Part shown: one piece after another, positions 54,481 through 64,000 of the stretch | How positions within the stretch are numbered: position 1 is the stretch's first letter | Layout: the number at the start of each line of letters is the position of its first letter | DNA from: Paraspadella gotoi | Taxonomy: Eukaryota > Animalia > Chaetognatha | Assembly (NCBI GenBank): GCA_051294375.1 | Contig: CM119269.1 | Location: forward strand, 8,939,619-9,003,618 | Length of the DNA stretch: 64,000 nt | Direction of reading: 5' to 3' | Translations under genes and position numbers: made by a program | Notes under the pieces: model-generated | What the model was told of the DNA's origin: nothing | Database searches by the model: none | Seen by the model: only the letters and a program-made list of their open reading frames with translations

Positions 54481-57054
54481 CTCTCTGCTCTCTCTTCTCT
54501 CTCTCTCTCTCTTGACGTGCAACGACGCCCAGAAGCCTTCCGCTCGAGATGAACGACATAGATTATGACGTGACGCAAGGCTAGAACGATAAGAAAAGAA
54601 AATCCTGCTCCCCGCGCGCCGCCACATGCCGGCCGCACGGCCTCGCTCCACGCCGCTGCGACGATTCTCGGTTCACCGGCTCGTCGTCGTCATCGTCGGT
54701 CCTCATCTTTCTTTACCATCACTGCTGATATACTTTCATGTGTTCAACTCGTCTCCCTCCCCTGCTACGCTCATCCCCTCCCCTCGCAGCAAGATGATGT
54801 ACGATATATCCTCTCATCTTGTAGGCATACGTACCTCTCGACCTCTGCCACAACTTCGAATAGTTCTCCTCATCGCGATATATATCGGCTGTAATACAGA
54901 TCACTCTCTCTACTCTCCCCGCGAAGAACCATACACACTCTCTCCGAAAAAAAATATAAATAACTAAAAATCTATTATAGTTATGCGCTGTTGAGAAGGC
55001 GGTTGGAAATAACACATCTCTTTCATCAACTTTATCCGACGAAACATCCGAATGTCTGTACTCTCAATCATTATTCTATATTATTTCTTGCCGTTCGCAA
55101 TTTAATTTGAACTCAATGCTCATAAATATCTCAACTCCATGTGTAATATTATAAGAAAAAAATTACAATATACCCAAAAATGAGATTTAACCTCCTCAGC
55201 AGTGCACATTCGATCGAACAGAGATACCTCACATCTCAACCACGACGCAAACCGTGCTAGAGACAAAAGCCGCGCAAAAAAGAGAAGTGTAAAGAAAATA
55301 ATAAGTTGATCTCATCCTTGTTGGTAGAAAATATAATTCTGCATTTGATTGATATGTGCTGAAGATATATAAATACCTTATACTGTTTTATCACTGAATC
55401 CCCTCTCAAGATACCTCATAACACTAAATTTACTCTTAAATTTAAGATCAAAATACTGTACTGGATGCTGTGATACTAGCCGTGCAGAATGAGGAAAAAT
55501 AAGGCTGAATTTTTTTTTGTCAAACAAAAGTCTGCGTTTGCAGCCGCGTATAACGCGCTCCAGATACTCTCAGACCAATCTTCGAGACGGAAAGGAAGGA
55601 GCGAATGATTCAAAACGATAGATGTGGAATCAGTGTCCGGAGAGAGGGGCGACGGTGTGTAGAGATGCGCCTATGCTATTCAAAACAGAGAAGAAGTGGG
55701 CGTGAGAGGGTAAGCTGTACTTTATATATGGAATGTAAGAGTCGAAGACGGAATGTTTGGAAATAGTGTTTAGCTAGTTTAAAAATTCCTTTTTCTTAAA
55801 AATGTTAATATTATCGTGTATTATTTTAGAGATTTATTATGATTTTAATATTGATATTTTATTTATGATATGATATTTATAATATATTTATTTATTTATT
55901 TATTTAGGATTTATTTTTAGATTTATTTGAATTTTTACTAAGGGTGAAATATAAGAGTGAATATGACCGGAGCGCGAATTTTACTTTAGAATCATTCACT
56001 TGTAAAAGTTATCGCAATCCATTATATTCCCCTCATATGAAATCGATTGGTAACCGCGTTTCAAGAATAAGATCACTGATCCGGCAAAAACTAGATATTA
56101 AGTGCAACTTAGCAAATAAAAAAAGAAAGGAAATTCTAGATAATAAGTCAGCTATCCGTTTCCTTACAAGGCGACAACCGGTAATCCTAGGGTCTTCCCC
56201 GCCTTTCCTCCAAAACCCAAGAAAAAACCCTTCTATTTCACACTAGACCTCACTTATCCAAAGGAATGTTTTTTATGATTAGTTTTCTCTTGTATGTTCG
56301 CCCACCAATCCTATTCTGCCCATTTACCCTCTCTCTAACCTGTACCTGTCTCGTAAGCTAATAATTCCTACATGGTCTAGTAAAGTATACGTATACTCGA
56401 GTTACAGCCTAGCAAGGTCATTACTACATAGCCTTCAAAGGTCTGGCTAAACTTCAGGACAACCAATTCGACTCGCCCTTCAAATCAAAAATCGGTTATC
56501 TTTTCCGAGAGTGCCTCATTTTTTGATTGAGTTGTTGATTAACCCAGAATGTTTAATTTGGTAACTTATGAATATGTGTAAAGTACTAGAAAGTATACTT
56601 TCTAAACTTAATAAACTATATCCTTCAAGCCCTAGGCAGGTCACTAACAATTAATAATCCATGCCCCTTTAAATCATCCTTCTCTCTACCTCTTAATCCC
56701 TCCTTCCCTCTAACCTGGAGGAGGAGGGGTAAGATATGGAAAATACTAGGAATTTGCAAAGAAAAATTTGGAGAGGAGGTATAAAAAAAGATATAAAAAA
56801 AGTAAGAAAATAATTAAATAAGCGAAGTTATAGGATTAAGAAAAGACCGAGACATATTAAAAGGGAGAAAAAGTAAATATAAGAATCGAATAAGGAAGTA
56901 GAAATAAAACGAAAAGTAGAGGAGGAAAAGAGGAGGAAAGAAAAGAAAAAGGAGAGAAGAAAGGGAGGAATCTTGCGTGGAGTCTCAAGACTTCCAAATG
57001 AAAATAAGGAAAAAGAACCGGAAATTTGGTGACACTTGGTTGAGGGAGGAATTT

Positions 57055-57345
57055 GGAATGGCATGCAGGGCATGGCAGTTTAAAATGACATGGAGGGCAT
57101 GAAAGTCTAAGAGATTAATGGAATGAATGCCATGTAGGGCATGGCCGTCGATAGTGACATGGAGGGAATAACATTGTTGGCATGGAAAACAAGAGTCACT
57201 TGGAGATAACAATGAAATGGAATAACATTGAGGGCATGGTAGTCTAGAGTGACTTGGAGGTAATGTGGTTAGGGGCATGGAAGACAAGAGTGACATGAAA
57301 GGAATGTCATTTAGGGCATGGCAGTAGAGAGTCATATGGAGAGAT
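57055..57345. repeat. Diverged ~41-bp minisatellite
   Basis: GGCATGG..AGTGACATGGAG cores recur at roughly 41-53-bp intervals (near 57137, 57179, 57231, 57273, 57314). Confidence 0.7.
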
Positions 57346-58774
57346 TGCCATTACAAGTGTCACGTGAATGAAATAACAATTGGGGGTGGCACTGAAAAGA
57401 GTGACAAGGACGTAATGCAACTGAGGGAGTGCCAGTGGGGCAGTGTGGCAGTGTGAGAGAAGTTAGAGAAATCGGTTAAGAGGCTCGACAGAGAGTGACA
57501 TAAATAGCATACAATTGAATTGGATTTTGGAGGAAAGAAAAAGAATAAAACGGATGTCATATCAAAAGGGGTGGTCACACTCAATCTTCCATAACAGAAA
57601 AGTGAGAACATTGTCTTCCTTTTGAGGAAATTGAGAAAAGAAAAAACAAAAGATTTAAATAACAATGCGAGACAAGAATACAGGTGAGAAAAACAAACAA
57701 AAACAAACAAAACAAAATGACAATTGCTCAGCGTTCGACTTTAAAATATGGAAAAGAAAAGAAAGAAAAGAAAAAAGAAAAGAAAAAAAAAGAAAAAGAA
57801 AAACCCACAATTTTGTCAACAAAAAAAAAGAAGTAAATTTCGATTCTTTCAATTTTGTTTCTTTCACGAATTTCGTCGTGCTTCGTCGTCGTCGTCGTCG
57901 TCGTCTTCGTCGCCTCCCACGCTCCTCCCTGTCTCTCTCCGTCCGGCCCACCCTGTCTCTGCCATGCCACAACCATGCGCCTCTCCAATTTAATCCCGAG
58001 CCATGTCACTACTGCCTCCGCCTCCGACCACTCCGACTGTGCTCACACCCAATCTCACCGCCGATTTAACTCCCCCGTTTTCAAAAAGGGGACCGAGTCC
58101 TTTTAACCCGGCGCCACTGAACCGCGGATTAGTCAAATTTTATGGTTTAGTCGGCGCCGGAACAAAATGCCGGCGCCGCTGCCTCCGATCCCGCGTCGTC
58201 GTCGCTTGTGCCGCAGCGAAGCCCTTCCGAATCGCAGCGCCGCTTTGCTTACTGGCGGCGCCGCCGTGTTGAATCGCGGTGCCCGCCGGTGCCGCACTTC
58301 TATATCTGCGTGCCTCCTTGCTAACTAGCGGCGCCCCTTATCTTTTTTAACAGATCAAATTAATAAACTATTAAAAAAACCTGAAGAAACACTCAAGGAA
58401 ACATAGTAATTACTGAACAATGTAGATTATACAAGATGAAAATATTAAAATTGTCATCTGACCCTTTGGGAATAAGAAAGAAATTCGTCAGCGTGGAATC
58501 GAGTGACCACCGGAAGACGTGACGATAAAAACGACATAGACAACGTGTATGCGTGTGTGCGTGCGTGCAAGCGAGTGAGTTTATATGCGTGCAAGGATGT
58601 TTATGACACGTGCGTGTGTGGTAATCCTTCGGCCTAATTCTCTCTCTTCTCTAATGATTTTTCGCTCAAAAATGACGTTAGCCTTTTTTTTTTCTATGGT
58701 GTACATCATCTCTATTCTCATCATGAAAAAAGGTGGAAGTCATTTGAGAAAATTCATAAGAGAGCGAAGAATCG

Positions 58775-58930
58775 ACTCGACCAATCAGAGGCCTTCCCTC
58801 CATTTGTCTTCGACCAATCAGAGTACTCATCTTCGACTTTCTCCGCGGATACAATATGCAAAATAATCCATCGCGAAAAAAACCAACGCGGGATTTTTTT
58901 GAATTTCAAAAATTTCGCGGGAATATTCTC
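58775..58930. promoter_or_regulatory. Putative cell-cycle-type promoter (2 CCAAT boxes, E2F-like and CHR-like sites)
   Basis: TCGACCAATCAGAG twice (CCAAT at 58781 and 58814, 33 bp apart), then TCGCGAAAA, CGCGGG..TTTGAATTTCAAA and TTTCGCGGGAA, followed by a CpG-rich stretch. Confidence 0.45.
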
Positions 58931-59583
58931 GAGGAGCCGCGCCCGGCGCGGCACACGCGCCCAGCCCCTCCCCCTTTAACATCCGGCCCCATCTCCACGC
59001 CCACATCGGCGTCTCGGCGGCAGTGGCGGCGATGGCGGTGGCGGCGGCGAATGTGGCGCTCATTTGGGGACGAACGCGCGATGCGCATCTCTGATGGTTT
59101 TTGCTTCGTTGAGGACAGGTTCGTGGGGGAGAGATTGAGATGAGGAAAGGGAGGAAAAGGGAGGAAGTAGGGGAGGAAAGGAGAGGAATGAGGAGATTAA
59201 AAGGGAGAAAGAAGGGGAGGAATATCGAAAAGGAAAAATATGTTTCGTTATTAATATCAATTTAAATATTGTAATCAAAAGAAAAACATAAAAACAAACA
59301 ATTTAAAACTATCTTCTTTAACTCAAATAATTTAAAAATCCAGAACGAAAAAAAGGAAATCAACGACATTAACAACAACTACAACTAGAAGGAGGAAAAA
59401 AACGACGACGAAAAGTCGCGTTTTGGAGGCAAAAGTTTGAATTGTTTTTCAGGTAAAACTCGCGATTCGCATTTGCAATCCCATTGTATTCGAGAACATA
59501 ACAAAAACAAAGTTTTATTTTGAAAATAAACAAAAAAGCATAAATAGAGAGAGAGAGANNNNNNNNNNNNNNNNNNNNNNNNN

Positions 59584-60240
59584 AGGTCGGGGGAGAGATT
59601 GAGATGAGAAAGGGAGGAAAATTGTAGGAATTGATAGGTGTGATGGAAAGGATGAGAGAACAGGAGAGAACTAATTTAGAAATATTTTTTTTCTCATACA
59701 TTAGGCGAGTGACATGCTACTACGTGCGGTAGCTCGCTACTTTACTTCCGTTAAATTCTGGCAATATTACATATCTATTGTTTTTCTTATTACATTAAAT
59801 CTTAATTTAAATATTTGTTAAATCTAAACAGTACAAAACATAAAAATACAAACATTTCTACACACTATCACATTCTTACTCAATCTCCAGAATCAATTGT
59901 AAATCATCCAGAACGAAAAAAGGAAATCCAACTTACGACAATTTAAGCAACAACCTTTACAACTTTAGTAAGCGAAGGCCGAAAAATAAACGACCAGGAC
60001 ACTGACGTAAAAAGAATAACGGCAGTATGGGAGGCGAAAAAGTCTATGTTAATTGTTTTTTCTAGCGTAAAACTTCTGCGAGTTCGGCATTTGCAATCCC
60101 ATTGATATCTGACGACACATAACTAAAAATCAAAGTTTTATTCCTTAGAAAAAATAAAAAAAAGCATAAATAGAGTGAGAGAGAGAGAGAGTAGAAGAAT
60201 GAGATGAGAGATGAGAGAGAGAGAGAGATAGATCGATCCA
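59584..60240 (+). other. Insertion-rich noisy duplicate of 59115-59558 after a 25-N gap
   Basis: Shared anchors CCAGAACGAAAAAAGGAAATC, GCATTTGCAATCCCATTG and AAAAAAGCATAAATAGAG occur in the same order with expanded spacing. Confidence 0.85.
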
Positions 60241-60405
60241 ACACCAGTTATTATGGAGAGAGAGAGATAGAGACATAGTTAATTATGAGATATATTATAT
60301 GATTAATTTGTCTAATGTTTATTGAAATGAAGGAATCCTATAACAAATACAGGTTAAAAAAATGAATGTACGCAAGTATGTACAACTTTTTCAGAATACC
60401 CTCAC

Positions 60406-60619
60406 GTTTCCCCACCACACGAATTCTATGTCCCCGTCGGCTCTCGAGCCATCGTCCAACCCAGACATTCCCCTGGCAGATCTTCCAAGAGGCGCCGAGA
60501 TCAAACTTCTCCTTCAGCCTCGAGGGACCTGAGATAGCAAGATGAGGGGGTAGAAGGCTCCGAGAGCGTTTCCGCCGGATGTCGGCCGATGTTCGGAAGA
60601 GAGGAAAGACGAGCATTCA
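60406..60619 (-). other. Possible isolated exon, frame and strand uncertain
   Basis: GC-rich island bounded on the minus strand by TTCTTTTCCGGCAG (acceptor-like) and GTGAGG (donor-like); only the frame MLVFPLFRTSAD...HRIRVVGK is open; no recognisable domain. Confidence 0.25.
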
Positions 60620-61289
60620 CTGCCGGAAAAGAACGTGATGTGGGCGTTTTTTAATGTTAAATAGGAATATGTCGCACGATCGAGAGCATGGATATCTTTT
60701 TTGCGCGCAAAATTCGAAATAACTGAAGAGAAAAAAGGTTTTTTCTCCTTCAAAAAACAAAAAGAAAAAAAAAAAGAAGTTGAGGTCGTGAATGGCGGAG
60801 TTCTGCGTCAACATAAGCATCGGAAATTCAAATTCAGGAATTAGGCACCTGAGTTTTGAAAAAATAGTGGGAGAGAGAGACAGAGACATAGACAGAGACA
60901 GAGACAGAGAGAATCGCGTAACGAGGAAATAATGTTTTCTAAAAAAAAGCGACGCAATTTTTTTTTTCTAAAAAAAAAGGTTCAAAGCTAAAAAAAGTCG
61001 TAAAAATGAGAAATAAAAATCCTCAATTTTTTCGATTTTGCGAGATTTTGGGTCCGATGGGAACCTTAAAAGCGGAAGATGATATTAGAGGAAAACCAGA
61101 AGACGAACCCTGAGGTTCGGAGTCTCCCTGCGGGTCCGGAAGATGGATATTATCTGGAGATTGATAGTGACATTTATTTTAATGTAAAACTTTTGACATA
61201 ATAGAATCGAGACTTCCCCTTTTCATAACTATTGTCATTTTCAATTTCATAAAACTTTTATAATTCGATTCGGAATTGACTAATCAAAA

Positions 61290-61345
61290 AACGCGTGACA
61301 AAAATCACGTGACAAAACACGTGATTTCATTCGAAGTCACGTGAT
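61290..61345. promoter_or_regulatory. E-box cluster (CLEAR/MiT-TFE/USF-like)
   Basis: CGCGTGAC (61292) and CACGTGA at 61306, 61318 and 61338 within 55 bp. Confidence 0.45.
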
Positions 61346-61818
61346 CGGAGAAGGATTGTTTGCTTTTTGGCAATTTGGAAGCAAATAACAAGTAACGATC
61401 TGGCTCCGAAGGAGATAGACCTAAAGCGAGAGAGAGAGAGAGAGNNNNNNNNNNNNNNNNNNNNNNNNNNNNNNNNNNNNNNNNNNNNNNNNNNNNNNNN
61501 NNNNNNNNNNNNNNNNNNNNNNNNNNNNNNNNNNNNNNNNNNNNNNNNNNNNNNNNNNNNNNNNNNNNNNNNNNNNNNNNNNNNNNNNNNNNNNNNNNNN
61601 NNNNNNNNNNNNNNNNNNNNNNNNCGTCAATTTTCGTCATCAAAGCGTACTTCATAAAAACATAGGTCCACATAGGGAAGCGTTGCTTTAATCTATACGT
61701 ACCTGAATTTTGTTTTATATTTCGTTGTAATTTTCCGTCTTTTTTCTAATTTTAACTTTCTTTCTCATATTAGTTTTTGTCCATTGCTCTCTCTCCCTCC
61801 CACTCTTCCTCCGGTCGG

Positions 61819-61859
<41 letters not shown>

Positions 61860-64000
61860 GGGTATACTCGAGATTCGCGGCGAGGAAGCCACGGTGTCCG
61901 GCCACCGAGCCTTTTGTCCACCATGGCCGGACCACGTCGACCGGCCAATCTTTGCCGCCGGGACTCGAGGTCGCGGATCGAGAGAAATAATCTCTGATCC
62001 GGAGAAATCCGCGAATCAATAGGACTACGTCCGGAGATCGTGGTCGGACGGGAAAATTATTTTTACTTATTTTCTATGAAATATTATATTAAATAATAAA
62101 AAAACATTTAAAAACCTGTAAAAAAGATCAACCTGAAAGTGAAACAAAGCAAAGAAATTGTTGCAATTATTTTATATAGTTTTATAATTTTTAAAATATG
62201 TATCATTTTTTGGCAAAAACTCGCTCATAATATAAAATAACTTTTGGAATACAAGGAACTAAAAACTGGCATTTTGAAGAGAGAGAGATAAACTTAATTA
62301 CAATGTTTGAATTGTTTTTAACATCGTTCGTTTTTCAAATTATTTATTTTGGCTGACGACGATCAAGATTTTATTTTTAATATTAAATTAGTGATAAAGC
62401 GATGATAAAATAATAAGTAAACTTTGTTTTTTCAGTTTGAAATTAAAACAGAGCACAAAATTAAAAACTATTAATTAAAATAAGTAAAAATGTTTGCTTT
62501 TGTCTAAAATTTTAAAGAAACTAACGAATTAAACAGAAACAGCAAGTCCGAGTTGTTGCTGCGCTGTGATTTCTCTTCACAAAATTTCCTTTACTAATAA
62601 TAAATACTTTTACAACCAATATAAAAATTATCCCTTCATTTAAATAAGCTATCTTGCCCCTGACTTTGGACAGGCTTTGGTGGCTTAAGGCCTCCATCAC
62701 TCTTACAAGATAATGATATGGCAGTAGTTTTAAATTTAAACACTATCAATAAAAACAAAATATTTTTTCATCACTTAAACATTTAGTTGATTTATTTCCT
62801 TTTAATTTTAATTGGATTAGCTAAAATATAATTTTTGTAAAAAAAAGAGTCTAGCAAAGTTTTTAACTATATCTTTTGTCTGGGAAAGCTGTCTTGTGCC
62901 AAATTGTTTTGAGAGGTCGCCTTTTACTAGGAGTGGAGCAAAGCTGAAACAAAAGCCCGAGCAAACAGTTTCAGTTAAAAAATATTAAATACCAATAAAA
63001 CAAATGAAAATTAAAAAAAAAAATAAAACAAAATTAAGGGAAAAAGAATAAGTCAGAAAATTCAAAAATCATGGAAGATAGAAAATTAAAAAATTAATAA
63101 ATAAAAAGAAATTAAAATCTAAATGAATAGGGTTGTTAATTTATTTCCTTAATTCGTGATTTGGCAGTGCTAATTTATTTTATTTTTTTAATTTAATTAA
63201 CTTTATTTTTTATTCCTTTTTCGTTTTTTCTTTTTTTTCTATTTTTCCCTTCTTTTCTTTCTTTCTTTCTCTTCTTTCTTTCTTTCTTTCTTTCTTCTTT
63301 CTTTCTTCTCTTCTTTCAATATCTCTGTTTTTTTCTTTCTTTCCTTATTTCTTTCCTTCCTTTTTCTTTTTTCATTAATTTGTTTATTATTTTCTTGTTT
63401 ATATCTTTTATTCTTTTGGGATTAAGGAAAGAGCAGATCCGCGACTTTCAGCTCCGTTGGTATCGCGTGCTGACAGATGAGAGGGAAGAAGAAGAGAAGA
63501 GGAGAAAATGACCCGTCGGGGTCAGGTTCGGGACAGGTCCGCGACCTGAGCCGCGGACGGAGGAGAACAATAGCCGGCAGCCGGAAAACAATAGAGTGAC
63601 CGAAATTGGGTCCGCGAACTTCAAGTATATGCCTCCTTCGATCTATCTGCTCTCTTCTCTCGTTCTCTCTTTCTTCTCGTGCTGCTGCCTATCGTCGAGT
63701 TCAGGCATCGTCCCCGCGACTCTCATACCTCCCAGAAACGACACAGCTTTTTCTCTTTCCTCTTCGTTAATTGGTTTTATTCGATTTCGTGTTCGTCGGT
63801 CTGGTTAAGGATGAAAAAGAAAGGCTCTCTTCCTTCCTCGTTCCTCTGGCAGCATCTCGTTCTCCGCTTCCCTCCTGTCTCGGTCTTCTCTCTCTCTCCG
63901 TTCTCCTCTCTCCCTCTCGTCTGCTCTCTCGTCTCTCTCTCTCGCTCTGCTCGATTCCTGCTCTTCTGCTCCATCGTCTCTGCTCTCCCTCTGCGTCTCA

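Noticed and set aside
57055-57345. CRISPR-like array
   Set aside because: Eukaryotic context, degenerate repeats, mutually similar spacers and no cas genes.

Overview
Eukaryotic (intron-containing, AT-rich, microsatellite-dense, probably invertebrate animal) draft-assembly sequence; no prokaryotic operons, CRISPR arrays, rRNA or tRNA were recognised. Most ORF-track entries are translations of (AG)n/(GAC)n/(AAAG)n repeats. Manual splicing gives three convincing small genes: a 94-aa CD164/porimin-like single-pass protein with almost no ectodomain (1478-2330, +), a ~149-aa secreted His-rich helical protein with a piscidin-like segment (7741-8314, +, mirrored at 5841-6824, -), and a 203-aa secreted discoidin/F5-8C-like protein (23757-25099, -, frameshifted copy at 33003-34356). 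The 3' end of a fourth gene lies at the left edge. The large-scale structure is redundant: a ~4.4/4.0-kb-arm inverted repeat (2820-11330) whose spacer resembles a corrupted PacBio adapter, a 9.3-kb direct duplication whose second copy carries a 2.9-kb TIR/TSD-flanked insertion, and several noisy re-reads, some next to 25-N gaps. Much of this redundancy is probably long-read gap-filling artefact or haplotype duplication. No new multi-gene system is supported; the best leads are the individual small genes and the polymorphic DNA transposon.
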